From positions 64,001-128,000 of the forward strand of contig CAVWLP010000002.1 in the NCBI GenBank assembly GCA_963755915.1: DNA of 64,000 bases, in the 5' to 3' direction. Positions 30,907 through 41,617 of this stretch are shown piece after piece (position 1 is the first letter of the stretch; each line of letters starts with the position of its first letter). The notes under the pieces were generated by a model. The model worked only from the letters and a program-made list of their open reading frames with translations. It had not been told where the DNA came from and made no database searches. A program made the position numbers and the translations under genes. This stretch comes from an uncultured Phycisphaerales bacterium (GTDB taxonomy: Bacteria; Planctomycetota; Phycisphaerae; Tepidisphaerales; Tepidisphaeraceae).

Positions 30907-31842
30907 TTAGATTTTAGCCAGCTTGATAATCCTGCCGCCCAAAATCCATTCCCCCAAATACAGATTTCCATTGGAATCCACGGCGGCTGCATGAGGGCTG
31001 TTGAATTTCCCGGGAGAGATTTGTGCGGAGGGCAGATTTGGCCAGCCTGACGAATTGCAATTTGCGTCGTTTTCTCCAATGCACGTGATGAACTGGTCGC
31101 GTTCATCCAGTATCGAGAGCCGCGCCTTCAGCTCCGGCACGTAAACAATTCCATTTCGCACAGCAAATCCGCAGGGGCTCGTCAGAAACTCCTGCCCGAA
31201 AGCCCGTTTGAATTTCCCAGCCGCGTCGTAGACCTGGATTCGCCTGTTGCTTCGGTCCGCAATATAGAGCTCCGGGCCGCCGGGCTTGGGAATGAAAGCT
31301 ATCCCATGCGGACAGGAAAATGCTCCCGCCTTCCCTTCGGTTCCATTGATGCTGCCGATATACGCACCGGAATTGCTGTAGTGATGCACGTAGTTTGCGC
31401 CATACCCGTCGGCCACCCAGACGTCGCCATTTCCTCCGAATCGTTCTTCATTCACGGCAACCCACGTCGGAACGAATCGAGCGCTGCCGCGGTAGGCGGG
31501 TATATCAGGGCGCTGAAGGCTCAAAACAGAGCGTCCATCCAGCGTCGTCTTGACGATTTCCGCGCTGGTCTGGTCCGTCAGCCAAAGCATGTGCGTATCG
31601 CCGTCTCGAACCAGGGTCATACCATGCGCTCCGATAAATCGATCTCCCCAGGCGTTTTTCAGTCTTCCCTCGGCATCAAATCGAAGCACGGCCGGCTGCG
31701 ACTGGCTGAAAATCATCACGTCTCCGCCGTCGAGAGCAACGACGCCGTGCGTGCGCCCGTTGGTTCGAGCGGATTCAGTGTCTGGAATTCGCGCCCAATT
31801 CTCGATCCATTCAAATTTGAATTCGCCTTCTCCGACTTTCAC
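30907..31842 (-). CDS. NHL-repeat beta-propeller (peptidyl-alpha-hydroxyglycine lyase-like)
   Basis: WVADGYG, FSCPHGI, IADRSNRRIQ, FNSPH, GEW..GR. Confidence 0.85.
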   Translation of the reverse strand: MKVGEGEFKFEWIENWARIPDTESARTNGRTHGVVALDGGDVMIFSQSQPAVLRFDAEGRLKNAWGDRFIGAHGMTLVRDGDTHMLWLTDQTSAEIVKTTLDGRSVLSLQRPDIPAYRGSARFVPTWVAVNEERFGGNGDVWVADGYGANYVHHYSNSGAYIGSINGTEGKAGAFSCPHGIAFIPKPGGPELYIADRSNRRIQVYDAAGKFKRAFGQEFLTSPCGFAVRNGIVYVPELKARLSILDERDQFITCIGENDANCNSSGWPNLPSAQISPGKFNSPHAAAVDSNGNLYLGEWILGGRIIKLAKI

Positions 31843-31858
31843 CAGATGTGCTCCTTAG

Positions 31859-32110
31859 TTAAAGAGGATCACAGGTATTTCGACAACTCGTAACTGATTG
31901 CCCAATCCAAAAAAAGGCAAATCGTTCGGCCGGGATGCGAACGGGTCGGCCGCCGATCAAATAAGTCACCCAGCCTGATTCCGCGTAATTGAGTTCGATC
32001 TCGTGAAGGCGATGCGGTTGGCGCATGGTAGAGTGCCGGTCGAATCGTTTGATGGCAAAGTCGAATGCCCCGGTTACTACGAAGACATCAGCCGGAGCCT
32101 TCATTCCCAA
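31859..32110 (-). pseudogene. Truncated AraC/MelR-like N-terminal cupin fragment
   Basis: MRQPHRLHEIELNY..G.VTYLIGG...FAFFW, then a stop; no HTH. Confidence 0.55.
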
Positions 32111-32466
32111 ATCTTAGGATAGCGGAATAAATCAGGCAATAATCCGAACGCTAGATCAAAGCCGATCTGCGATTCTGATCGTCGTGAAGGATGCAACGAT
32201 GAATCCCATCCCAGTCCAGAGCGCACCGTCTGCCACATCGCCTTCTGGGAGCCGCACATGGCCTTCGAGTTCAGCCTCGCCGATTGGAAAATACAAACCC
32301 ACCGCATCGGCATGAATGGGCGATACCTGTGGGGTAGCGCCGCCCCATTCGTGAGTTGGATCGACGATTCAATTACGTACGTATTCACGTATGTCATGGA
32401 AACGAAAACGCTTAGGGCGTTACCACAAGGGATTGGCCGCAGTATGAGTGATGACGCACCAACCAC

Positions 32467-33291
32467 ATGGTTGTACAATTGATCGACGGTACGAAGCTCA
32501 TGATCCATTTGCGTGGACATTCCGCGTTTATCACTGGTTCCGCTCGAGGCATTGGAAAGGCGCTCGCATGCGCCTTTGCGCAAGCTGGTGCGAATGTGCT
32601 AGTGCATGGGGAACGTAACGCACAAGAAGCTCAACAGGTTGTGGCAGAGTGCAAAGGGTTTGGCGTTCAATCGCAATTGTTGACAGCTGAGCTAGCCAAC
32701 ATAGGCGAAAAGGAGCTTTGTTCACTCTGCAATAACTGTTTCTCACTTATGCCAACACTCGATATTCTTGTGAACAATGCGGGATCATTTTTTGATTTGC
32801 CATATCTGGAGATGTCGCAGGAACGCTTTGATCGCACGATGAATCTGCACGTACGGACGCCTTATTTCTTAACTCAGGCGTTTGCTCGTCATTGGATTGC
32901 GTCGCAAACTCCTGGGCGCGTTTTGTTCGTGGGCTCGATCAATGGGCGACTCGCTGAAGTCGATTCCACGGCCTATGACACCTCTAAGGGTGCAGTCGAG
33001 ATGATGGTCAAAACGATCGCCGTAGCCTTGATTGGCAACAGAATTCGGGTGAACGGTATCGCACCGGGCTTAATTCGAACGCCACTGACTGCGTGGGTTG
33101 ACGGTGACCAAAGGGCATCAAGTTGGATAGAATATCATACGCCAAATAAACAAATTCCTCATGCACAGGTTTGCGGCCCTGCCGCCGTTTACCTCTGTAG
33201 CGACATGTCAGATCACGTTGTCGGCCATATGCTCACGGTGGATGGCGGTATTAGCACGTGGCAACAACCGCCAACACCCCTATCCGAGTAA
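32467..33291 (+). CDS. SDR family oxidoreductase
   Basis: TGSARGIG, NNAG, YDTSK, VNGIAPG, VDGG. The start may be 32500. Confidence 0.9.
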   Translation: MVVQLIDGTKLMIHLRGHSAFITGSARGIGKALACAFAQAGANVLVHGERNAQEAQQVVAECKGFGVQSQLLTAELANIGEKELCSLCNNCFSLMPTLDILVNNAGSFFDLPYLEMSQERFDRTMNLHVRTPYFLTQAFARHWIASQTPGRVLFVGSINGRLAEVDSTAYDTSKGAVEMMVKTIAVALIGNRIRVNGIAPGLIRTPLTAWVDGDQRASSWIEYHTPNKQIPHAQVCGPAAVYLCSDMSDHVVGHMLTVDGGISTWQQPPTPLSE

Positions 33292-33367
33292 TTCCATATT
33301 TACGAAACTACTTTCATACTACAAAACATGTTGGCAGAACCATCTCAATGCACACCTGATTTGATCG

Positions 33368-33540
33368 GTAACCCTTCGGCCGACCGCATTGCTCAACTGC
33401 TAGCGGCTCGGAGCAGCTTCACATGATCCGCTTCCAACGCCGACTTCTGCGCGGTCATCAAATCGCGCTTCCATGCATCCGCAGGTAATTTTGCAATTCT
33501 TCCGCCGGCGTGGCTGTGAGATGGGCCAGCACGTTGCGCG
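33368..33540 (-). mobile_element. IS66-family remnant (transposase C-terminal tip and one terminal IR)
   Basis: Minus-strand RNVLAHLTATPAEELQNYL/DAWKRD resembles the IS66 C-terminal motif. GTAACCCTTCGGCCGACC at 33368 resembles an IS66 GTAA end. Confidence 0.55.
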
Positions 33541-33696
33541 ATCACCTTTGTTGTAGGTTATGTCGTAAGGCTTCCTTTTGCGGCGAGAATCCCGCCGCGC
33601 CAGGATGAACTTCCCAGCTCCGTGGCGATCCGGGCGCTTTCGGATAACTGATATCTGAAAAAACAGAAACCCGTCAAGTGCGCGGACCAACTCGGT

Positions 33697-34473
33697 TCAC
33701 TTGGCTGTATAACCGCCATCAACCGCGATATTCGTCCCCGTGATATACGCCGACGCGTCCGATGCAAGGAAAACCACAGCCCCCGCCAGATCCGTATCAT
33801 TAGCCATACGGCCCAGAAAAGTCCTGCGGGAATACCGCTCCACAAAAACCGGATCCTGCCCAGCCAGAAAACCGCCCGGGCTGATCGCATTGACCCGCAC
33901 TCCCCGCGGCCCGAGCTTGGCCGCCGCAAACCGCGTCAGTTGCAACAGCCCCCCCTTATGAAAGAAGTAATCGGGCGGCGTCTCCCAGCCCAATTCCTCA
34001 TAAAGCGTGAAGTCGGGCCCTACCGAGCCCTGAATCGAGCTGACATTGATGATGCTCCCCCGCCCGCGCTGCGCCATGTGATCGCCGAAGATTCGCGTCA
34101 TCATGAACAGCCCCGTCGCGTTGACCGCCATACTTTTTGCGAAATCCGCGCTCGGCGAAGCCCAATCTTTCATCGTTCTCAGAACCGCATTGTTCACCAG
34201 TACGTCAACCCCTCCCGCCTGGCGCACGATAAAGTCCAGCGTTTCCTGAATTGATGCTTCCTCCGCCTGGTCCAACCGGAGCGCTTCGGCGCGGAGTCCT
34301 TCTTTTGCGAACTGATCGGCAAGCTGCCGCAAGCCGTGCACGTTTCGGCTGGCCATATAAAGTGTCGCCGCCGCCTGCCCCAATGCCCGCGCGATTTGCC
34401 TGCCGAACAGTCCCGCCGCGCCGGTCACCAGAGCAACTTTTCCATCGAGCCGAAAGGAGTCCATCACTGTCAT
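33697..34473 (-). CDS. SDR family oxidoreductase (gluconate 5-dehydrogenase-like)
   Basis: TGAAGLFG, NNA, YFFHK, VNAISPG, VDGG. Confidence 0.9.
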   Translation of the reverse strand: MTVMDSFRLDGKVALVTGAAGLFGRQIARALGQAAATLYMASRNVHGLRQLADQFAKEGLRAEALRLDQAEEASIQETLDFIVRQAGGVDVLVNNAVLRTMKDWASPSADFAKSMAVNATGLFMMTRIFGDHMAQRGRGSIINVSSIQGSVGPDFTLYEELGWETPPDYFFHKGGLLQLTRFAAAKLGPRGVRVNAISPGGFLAGQDPVFVERYSRRTFLGRMANDTDLAGAVVFLASDASAYITGTNIAVDGGYTAK

Positions 34474-35934
34474 TGCAACTCCTCAAAAGGAAACAGCGGC
34501 CGTCGCCGCCGCTTAAATGGTAGCCGCGCCATGTTCGCGGTCGTCACGCCGGGCGTATCCACGCGGATAAACGTCCGGCACACCGGCGAATACGCCGCGA
34601 TCGGCGCATTAACGCCCTTGGCAACCAGAACCGAAAACTTCTCCGGCTCAATCCTGCACGATGTCAATTGATTCAAGCTGAAGGGCGGCGTGCGCTGCGA
34701 GTGCACGAGCAATGTTAGCGATTCCGAATCAATCACCGCCGTCTTTCCCATATCAAATCGCCCCTGCCCGCCGTGCCGAATCTGCTCTTCGCGAAATACT
34801 CCATCGTGAAGACTTCGAACCCGTCCCCTGACAAGCAACGGCTCGCCATGCATTTTATCGCTCTTCCCGCCGACAAGTCCTTCGAATACCGCGTCTCCTC
34901 CCAGTGAAGCCGCCACTTCGGCCGCATCCGCATCGCATAGCGCGACAAAACTATTTCTAATTTTCTGCCTTTGGAAGGCGTGCGCTATGATGGTCCCATC
35001 CCCCGGCGAGCCGCCACCGACGTTGTCCCCCAAATCCAGCAAACACACCGGCTTTTCAGATCGCATCGCCAGGTCGATCGCTTCTTCAACTGACGGCAAC
35101 TGCGGCTCGAAATCCCGTCGGTGCGCGACGAGATAAGTACCCAACTGATCCGCCAATCCGCGCCTGCTCCTGATCATTGTCCGTCACCACAACAAAGCTC
35201 GACCCCATTTCCGGCACATCGGCATATGGAAATCCCAGAACCACCCCGTTGCTCAGCACCCCCGGCAATTTCAACTGCGCATCGGCCAAGCGTACCAGTT
35301 CGAGGCTAGGAGGCGATTCGGTATGTTGTGCCGCAATATTGATCGCGACCGTTGGGAAAACCGCGGCCATTGTCGGCCGAACTTCGCCCCGCAGCGTCCG
35401 CACCATCAACACTGCCGCTTCAAGCCCCCTTGCATGTTGATCGACATGAGGATTCGTACGATACGGAATGATCGCCTGGCAGGCACTGACCATTGCCGCC
35501 GATAAATTCGCATGCGGATCAATCGTAGCAATGATCGGCTTGGCCTGGCCCAGGCGCTGGCGAACCAGCCCCAACCAATGCCCATCCATATCCGGAATCT
35601 TTTCGCTCACTCCGGCCCCATGGGGCGCCGCCAGTATTCCCGCCAGCGGACCAGCGCCATCGAGGCAATCCAGCATCTCCGTCAGAAGATGCCCAAATGC
35701 ATCGTCGGTGACGACTCCGCCTGGCGTGGCGATCGCCGCAAACAGCGGAACCGCCTCCATCCCTGCCGACCAAAGCCCGTTGAAAAATCCCCCCACTTCA
35801 TGATGGCTGTTTCGGAAATGCTCTCGTACTGCTTCTCCGGTTAACAGCACGTTTCGCCGGAAGTCTTCCAGGCTCGTCGCTTGCGGAAGGAACGTATTCG
35901 ACTCGTGCTGGAGAGCTATGATTCCGACGCGCAT
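34470..35934 (-). CDS. M81-family metallopeptidase (MlrC-like) (frameshift near 35165)
   Basis: HESNTF, PHGAG, DPHAN, YRTNPHVD, DNVGGGSPGD, and the C-terminal RRRPLFP. Confidence 0.88.
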
Positions 35935-35962
35935 GCGATTTTGCCGCGATCTGTCACCGATC

Positions 35963-35991
35963 TTGTATTCCACTATACGAAACGATATATT
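35963..35991 (+). promoter_or_regulatory. Promoter and IclR-type operator between divergent mlrC-like and iclR-like genes
   Basis: TTGTAT-17-TATATT overlaps the imperfect palindrome TTCCACTATACGAAA (35968-35982). The ATG is 7 nt after the -10 box. Confidence 0.6.
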
Positions 35992-35998
35992 CACAATA

Positions 35999-36757
35999 AT
36001 GGAATCGACTTCGATTGTCAAAGCCTTTTCCCTGCTTGAATTATTGGCCGAATTGAAAGGTTCCGGCTCGCTCAACCAGCTCGCCCTCGGTACCGGCACC
36101 ACAAAGCCAAGCGCTCATCGCATCTTGCGCTGCCTCGTCGGGCTCGGATATGTTCAGCATGATTCGGGGGGTATATACCGCCTCACCCCGAAGCTTCACT
36201 GGGTCGCCCTTGGACGAAGCGATCGCCGGTTGGCATCGATCGCCGATTCGCTCCTCCGCCGGCTTCATCAGCAAACCGCAGAAACCGTCAACCTCGGCGT
36301 CCTTCGCCGCAATCGCATCGTTTACATCACAGTACTGGAGTCCTCTCATCCGTTGCGGCGCGTCGTCGAAACCCATGAGAGCGATCCCGTCTTCTCCACC
36401 GCTCTCGGCCGCGCAATCGCCGCCTTTCTGCCCGAGACAAAGATCGACAACTTGCTCTCTACCGCCGCGATTGAGGTCAGAACTCCTCGAACGACCAGAA
36501 ACGAGGAAGAGTTGCGGCGAGTTCTCGCCAAGGTCCGCCGCGTTGGGTACGCCATCGAGCGCGATGAAACTGATCTGGGTGTAACCTGCATTGCCGCACC
36601 GGTGATGTCCGACGGACAGCCGATCGCGGCGATCAGCCTGAGTGTTCCCTCGGCCCGCGTCGATGCAAATTCAGAAAAACGCTGGACTTCCGACGTGCAG
36701 TCGACCGCGCAGTCCCTCAGCCGTGAGCTTGCCGCTTCCGAGCGAGCAACCGCCTAG
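35999..36757 (+). CDS. IclR-family regulator
   Basis: HTH KPSAHRIL..L..LGYV, ETVNLG, STALGRA, GVTCIAAP. Confidence 0.92.
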   Translation: MESTSIVKAFSLLELLAELKGSGSLNQLALGTGTTKPSAHRILRCLVGLGYVQHDSGGIYRLTPKLHWVALGRSDRRLASIADSLLRRLHQQTAETVNLGVLRRNRIVYITVLESSHPLRRVVETHESDPVFSTALGRAIAAFLPETKIDNLLSTAAIEVRTPRTTRNEEELRRVLAKVRRVGYAIERDETDLGVTCIAAPVMSDGQPIAAISLSVPSARVDANSEKRWTSDVQSTAQSLSRELAASERATA

Positions 36758-36772
36758 GCACAGGGTTCGATT

Positions 36773-37434
36773 ATGGCCAAGACAACTGAAATCACGCTCG
36801 GCATGATGAGAGAAAAGCTCTACAGCGCCGTCGTCTGCGATGCCTTGGACGCCATCGGTCGCCGCAACCAATCCCCTTGTCTCCCCCTGCAACCAATGAC
36901 CGGAATCTCCCGACTTGTCGGCCGGTGCCGCACCACCCTCTGGGCCGATATGGCCCACGAAGATCCCCGCCCTTACGAACTGGAACTTCAAGCGGTGGAT
37001 GGCTGCCGGCCCGACGAAGTATTGATCTGCGCAGCCGCGGGATCCATGCGGTCTGGAATCTGGGGCGAACTACTTTCCACCGCCGCGCACAACAGCGGCT
37101 GTGTTGGCGCGATTGTTGACGGCGCCGTCCGCGATCTCCAGAAAATGACGACGATGGGCTTTCCCGTCTTCGCGCGTGGAACCTGCGTTTACGATAGCCT
37201 TCACCGCCAGCGCGTGATCGATCTTGACGTACCCGTCGAAATCGATGGCGTAGCCTTTCGAAGCGGAGATCTTGTTATTGCAGATACCGACGGCGTTGTC
37301 GTCATCCCGCGAGAAGTTGAGACCGAAGCAATCCAGCGAGCCTGGGAAAAGGTCCACGCTGAAGACCACATGCGCAATGAGATTCGCGCGGGATGAAAGC
37401 CACCGCGGCTTTTTCCAAGTACGGAATCCTCTGA
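36773..37434 (+). CDS. RraA/HMG-aldolase family protein (frameshift near 37390)
   Basis: VCDALD, WGELLS, DGAVRD, GDLVIADTDGVVVIP; the final GMKATAAFSKYGIL* is in a shifted frame. Confidence 0.85.
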
Positions 37435-38531
37435 TGTCCGAGCAATACACTGAGCCAAGCGTCACCCGAGACGGTTGTCAGGCGCGTCAAATGCGCTTTG
37501 CCGACTTGCTCGCCGAAAGTGGATATGACGGCGCCATCCTGACCCACCCGGGACAAATCTTCTCCCTCAGCGGCCATTGGACGCGCGGCGTCTTCCAATC
37601 GCTCCTCTTTGTATGCAGCGAAGGAAAAACCACCCTTGCCACTCCAATTTCCCCAAGGCTGCCCGTGTTCGTCACCGACACAATAATTTTCCCCGGCGCC
37701 AAGCTCGGAACCCTGATCGACGATCAATTGGCAGCAGGACTGGAAGCACTTTCCCCCCGGACTTCCGCCCTGAAACGAATCGGCTCCGACATGCCGATGG
37801 ACGCGCTCACCAGCGGACAAATCTCTCCCTACGACATCGCCCCCCTGCTGCGTAAACTTCGACGCACAAAACTCCCCGACGAGATTGAACTAATCCGCCG
37901 CGGCATCGCCGGCTGTGAGACCGCCTATGAGGTTGCAAAGGAAAGCGTCCGTCCCGGGTACTGCGAATGGGAAATGTATTTAGCGCTTCATGCCGCCGCC
38001 GTGGCCGCCGTCGGCGAACCCATCGGTGAATTCGGCAACGATTTTCAGGCCGGCACGCCCGGTGGCCCGCCCCGACGGCGCCCAATGGCCGATGGCGAAC
38101 TGATGCCCCTCGATTTATCCGTAGTCGTCCGCGGCTATACGTCCGACATGTGCCGAACGTTTTGCGTCGACAAAGATCCGACTGCCGCGCAAGCCGACGC
38201 CCATCAGTGGGTCGCCGACGCTCTCGCTTTCGTCGAACAAACCGTCAGGCCCGGCGTCAGTTGCCGCCGTCTCTATCTCGACGTCGCCGAAATGCTCCGC
38301 AAATCCCCTTGGGACTTCCCCCACCATCTCGGCCATGGAATCGGCCTGTCGGCCCACGAAGCTCCGCGGCTGAATCCGAATTGGGACGACACCTTTCAGG
38401 AAGGCGATGTCTTCACCGCCGAGCCCGGCCTCTACGGCGAAGATCTGCGCGGCGGCGTTCGATTGGAAAATGACTACGTCGTCACCGCCGATGGTGTCCG
38501 TTCTTTGTGCCGTTTTCCCCTTGATTTTTAG
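37434..38531 (+). CDS. M24 Xaa-Pro peptidase family
   Basis: GYTSDMCRT, HHLGHGIGL..HE, AEPGLY, GVRLEN. Confidence 0.9.
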   Translation: MSEQYTEPSVTRDGCQARQMRFADLLAESGYDGAILTHPGQIFSLSGHWTRGVFQSLLFVCSEGKTTLATPISPRLPVFVTDTIIFPGAKLGTLIDDQLAAGLEALSPRTSALKRIGSDMPMDALTSGQISPYDIAPLLRKLRRTKLPDEIELIRRGIAGCETAYEVAKESVRPGYCEWEMYLALHAAAVAAVGEPIGEFGNDFQAGTPGGPPRRRPMADGELMPLDLSVVVRGYTSDMCRTFCVDKDPTAAQADAHQWVADALAFVEQTVRPGVSCRRLYLDVAEMLRKSPWDFPHHLGHGIGLSAHEAPRLNPNWDDTFQEGDVFTAEPGLYGEDLRGGVRLENDYVVTADGVRSLCRFPLDF

Positions 38532-38549
38532 CTTTTCAGGTGCGATTCG

Positions 38550-38750
38550 GTGTTACAAGACCAGCTCATCTCGACCGTCTATTTTGGAGCCGACGGCCCC
38601 ACCCTTTTGATTACCGCCGGCGTCCACGGTGACGAATACGAGCCCATGCTGGCGATTCGCAGCCTCTTTCCGATTCTGGAATCGGCGCGGTTGCAACCAC
38701 AATCGTCCCTCGATCTCTCACAACTCGAGCAAATGTTGGGACCACAATAG
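38550..38750 (+). pseudogene. N-terminal fragment of a succinylglutamate desuccinylase/aspartoacylase (M14-like)
   Basis: GPTLLITAGVHGDEYE motif, but only 66 aa before the next gene. Confidence 0.65.
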
Positions 38751-38769
38751 AGAAAGAGCTCCTCCAAGA

Positions 38770-39528
38770 ATGTTCGATCTCAGCGCAAAGTTTGCAGTGG
38801 TAACCGGCGCAGGCTCCGGAATTGGCGAGGCGATTGCCCGGGTTTTCGCCAACGCCGGCGCGGAAGTCTTTGTGCTTGATTGCGACGCCTCGGCCGCGCA
38901 ACGCGTCGCCGAAAAGCTCCCAAATGCCAAGGCGATTCTCGCAGATGTATCCGATGAAAATTCCGTCAATCAGGCCGTCAGCCAAGTTCTTGAGCAGACC
39001 AGCCGGCGAATCGACGTGCTGGTCAACAATGCCGGAATCGGCCACGTTGGAACCGTCCTGACCACCACCCCAGCAGATCTCGATCGCCTCTACCGCGTCA
39101 ACGTCCAGGGCATTCTCATGATGACCCGCGCTGTCCTTCCCTCGATGATCGCCCAAAGCACCGGCTCCGTAATAAACCTCGCGTCTATCGGCGGCATTGT
39201 CGGCATCCGCGACAGGCTCGCCTACTGCACAACCAAATTTGCCGTCGTGGGAATGACCAAGTGCATGGCGCTGGACCATGCGACGACCGGTGTGCGATTT
39301 AACGCCATTTGTCCCGGCCGGGTCGAAACGCCTTTCGTCACCGCGCGGCTTGCCGAATACGCCGACCCGCAAAAAGCCCGCCAGGAAATGGCCGCTTCCC
39401 AAGCCATCGGCCGAATGGGCCAACCCGACGAAATCGCCGCCGCCGCCCTCTATCTCGCTTCCGATGAATCCAGGTTCGTCACCGGCAGTTCATTCATCAT
39501 CGATGGGGGATTCTCCGCGGGAAAATGA
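38770..39528 (+). CDS. SDR oxidoreductase (2-keto-3-deoxy-sugar-acid dehydrogenase-like)
   Basis: TGAGSGIG, NNAG, YCTTK, ICPGRVETP. Confidence 0.9.
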   Translation: MFDLSAKFAVVTGAGSGIGEAIARVFANAGAEVFVLDCDASAAQRVAEKLPNAKAILADVSDENSVNQAVSQVLEQTSRRIDVLVNNAGIGHVGTVLTTTPADLDRLYRVNVQGILMMTRAVLPSMIAQSTGSVINLASIGGIVGIRDRLAYCTTKFAVVGMTKCMALDHATTGVRFNAICPGRVETPFVTARLAEYADPQKARQEMAASQAIGRMGQPDEIAAAALYLASDESRFVTGSSFIIDGGFSAGK

Positions 39529-39632
39529 GAGGTATTATGACCTACAGCATCAAGCACCGCATTTGAGTTACTTTTACCGTCCTGACTTTTTTGTCCGCAA
39601 GCCGCATCTTCGTGGCATTCATTTTGGAGCGG

Positions 39633-40709
39633 TCAAAGTTGATGCGGGAGATCAGGTCCCCGTCGCTTCTTGCCTCTGGTCGCCTCGTCGGTAAAAACGT
39701 AGTGAACGAGATCCAACAACTCCCCCGCCCGGACCGCCCAGGTCTGCCGCTCGATATATTTCCGCCGCGCCGCAACGTCCACCGCGAATTCCCCGGCGAG
39801 AATCCTGCGAGCCAGCTTCGCCGCCTCCCGTCCGTTTTCAGCGATGTGAATATGCGGCAGATGCTCCCGCGCTTCCCGGATCGCCGTGCTGATGATCGGA
39901 CGCGGGATGGTTAAATAATCATACAGCCGTAGCGGGCACCGGCGGTCAGCGTACCCACCGGGTTTCAGCAGGCACAGCGAGATGTCGAAGTGCTGCATGA
40001 ACGCCGGAAGATTTTCGTGCGGCTGCGGGCCCAGGAAGTGGATGTCGAATTTGCTCATCAACTCCGCCGCGATTTTCCGCAGGCGATCGGGGTTCTCGTC
40101 TTCAAGACCGCCCACGAGGCACAGGCGCGCTTCGGGAAGATTCGCCGCGAGGTCGGCAATGAAATCCCAGTCGCAGGTGTCGTTGATCTGGCCAACGGCG
40201 CCGAGCACCCGCTTGCCCGCGGGAAGATTCCCCGGTCGCGGCATCGGCGCGGCGTCGAGGAACGATTGCTCCGTGGCATTCGGAAGATAAAAGACTTTTC
40301 CCCGCGTTCGCGGGACAAACTCTTCCACGAGCTGCCGCGAGACGGCGAAGACCGCGTCGCAAATGCTCAGCATCCGCGACTCCAGCCGATGAATCTCGTC
40401 ACGGTTCCAGCAGGTCCAGTATTCGAAGGGGTCCTTGCAATAATAAACCCGCACCGCCCGCGGAAACTTTTCCGCCAGCGGAGCAAGCTGCGGCCAGGGG
40501 AACACGATTACGTCCGGATTGCCGAACTGTGCGTCGACCTGCCGATAAAATTGATCCGGCAGAGTGCCCGTCAGCGCAAGCTGGTGCTCGGGCGTCGGCA
40601 GAAACTCCAGATACGAAACCTTCGCGTGGCATCCGACTTCGTCGAAAAGATAACGCACCCGCGGGTTCTGAGGGGCGACGACGAGAAACGATACTTCCAT
40701 AAAACTCAC
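39633..40709 (-). CDS. Glycosyltransferase (GT4-like, GT-B fold)
   Basis: DAVFAVS, LPNA, HFLGPQPHENLP, PLRLYDYL...PIIST, TW..RA. Confidence 0.75.
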   Translation of the reverse strand: MSFMEVSFLVVAPQNPRVRYLFDEVGCHAKVSYLEFLPTPEHQLALTGTLPDQFYRQVDAQFGNPDVIVFPWPQLAPLAEKFPRAVRVYYCKDPFEYWTCWNRDEIHRLESRMLSICDAVFAVSRQLVEEFVPRTRGKVFYLPNATEQSFLDAAPMPRPGNLPAGKRVLGAVGQINDTCDWDFIADLAANLPEARLCLVGGLEDENPDRLRKIAAELMSKFDIHFLGPQPHENLPAFMQHFDISLCLLKPGGYADRRCPLRLYDYLTIPRPIISTAIREAREHLPHIHIAENGREAAKLARRILAGEFAVDVAARRKYIERQTWAVRAGELLDLVHYVFTDEATRGKKRRGPDLPHQL

Positions 40710-40718
40710 ACCAGATTA

Positions 40719-40758
40719 CCCCCTCTCCCAGTACTCTGGGAGAGGGCAGGGGTGAGGG
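40719..40758. repeat. REP-like GTAC-loop palindrome, copy 1
   Basis: CCCTCTCCCAGTACTCTGGGAGAGGG-CAGGGGTGAGGG. Confidence 0.85.
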
Positions 40759-40837
40759 CCTAAAAACAATCCGGTATACAATTTGCTCTCATCCGCGAGG
40801 TCTTGCGGCAAATCGTTGGGCAATCTATTTTCCCGTC

Positions 40838-41617
40838 ATGCCCTCAGAAACCGTGGTCTTCCAGAGCTTCCGCACGCACGATGTCCCCACCTGGATCACC
40901 CGCTGTATGGAGACCGCGCGGGCGTGGGCCGCCTTGCGGGGGTTTGATTACCAGTTTCTCGACGACGGGTTCTTCGATCGGATTCCCGACCGATATCGCG
41001 CCCGGACCGACAATAAAGTAATCCTTTCCGACCTGGCCCGTCTGCTCGTGAGCAGGGAGCTGCTCGACGGTGGTTACCAGCGCGTCGTCTGGGTGGATGC
41101 GGATGCGGCGGTCTTCGATCCGCAGGCGTGGGTCTTGCCGACAGGAAGCAGCTTTTATTTCTGCCACGAGCTTTGGCCGATCCCGATGCCCGACGGGCTG
41201 AAGCTGGAGATTCGGGCGAACAATGCGGTGATGGTTTTCTCGCGGGGGAATTCGTTTTTGGATTTTTATATCGACAGTTGCTGCCGGATCCTCGACAGCG
41301 ATGAGTCCCTGAAGAGCTGGCATCTCGGGGTGCGATTCCTGACGGCGATTCGCAACGTCTGTCCCCTGCCGGTGCTGACGAATGTGGGCATGATCGGCGC
41401 CGACCTCCTGCGCGATATTGTGGCCGGCCCGAAGCGGATGACCGCGGCATACGTGAAGTCGATGGGCGTGCCGCTGGTGGCCGCGAATATGTGCGCCTCC
41501 GCGCTGGGGGCCAGTGGAGATGGGTTTACCGTCACCGAGGAAGTTTTTCACGGCGTGGTGGAGCAACTCATCGACTCGAAGGGTGAGATTCTCAACCGGT
41601 ATCTGAAGCCGCGATAG
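40838..41617 (+). CDS. Putative GT-A-like (DXD) glycosyltransferase/hypothetical
   Basis: SDLARL...VVWVDAD motif of the kind seen in GT32/GT34-like proteins. Confidence 0.55.
   Translation: MPSETVVFQSFRTHDVPTWITRCMETARAWAALRGFDYQFLDDGFFDRIPDRYRARTDNKVILSDLARLLVSRELLDGGYQRVVWVDADAAVFDPQAWVLPTGSSFYFCHELWPIPMPDGLKLEIRANNAVMVFSRGNSFLDFYIDSCCRILDSDESLKSWHLGVRFLTAIRNVCPLPVLTNVGMIGADLLRDIVAGPKRMTAAYVKSMGVPLVAANMCASALGASGDGFTVTEEVFHGVVEQLIDSKGEILNRYLKPR

Noticed and set aside
32200-32482. Short ORF upstream of the SDR as a gene or remnant
   Set aside because: No recognisable motif, RBS or homology that I can support.
34470-35934. Microcystin degradation (mlr) cluster
   Set aside because: Only an M81/MlrC-family member is present, with no mlrA, mlrB or mlrD-like neighbours, and the family is widespread.
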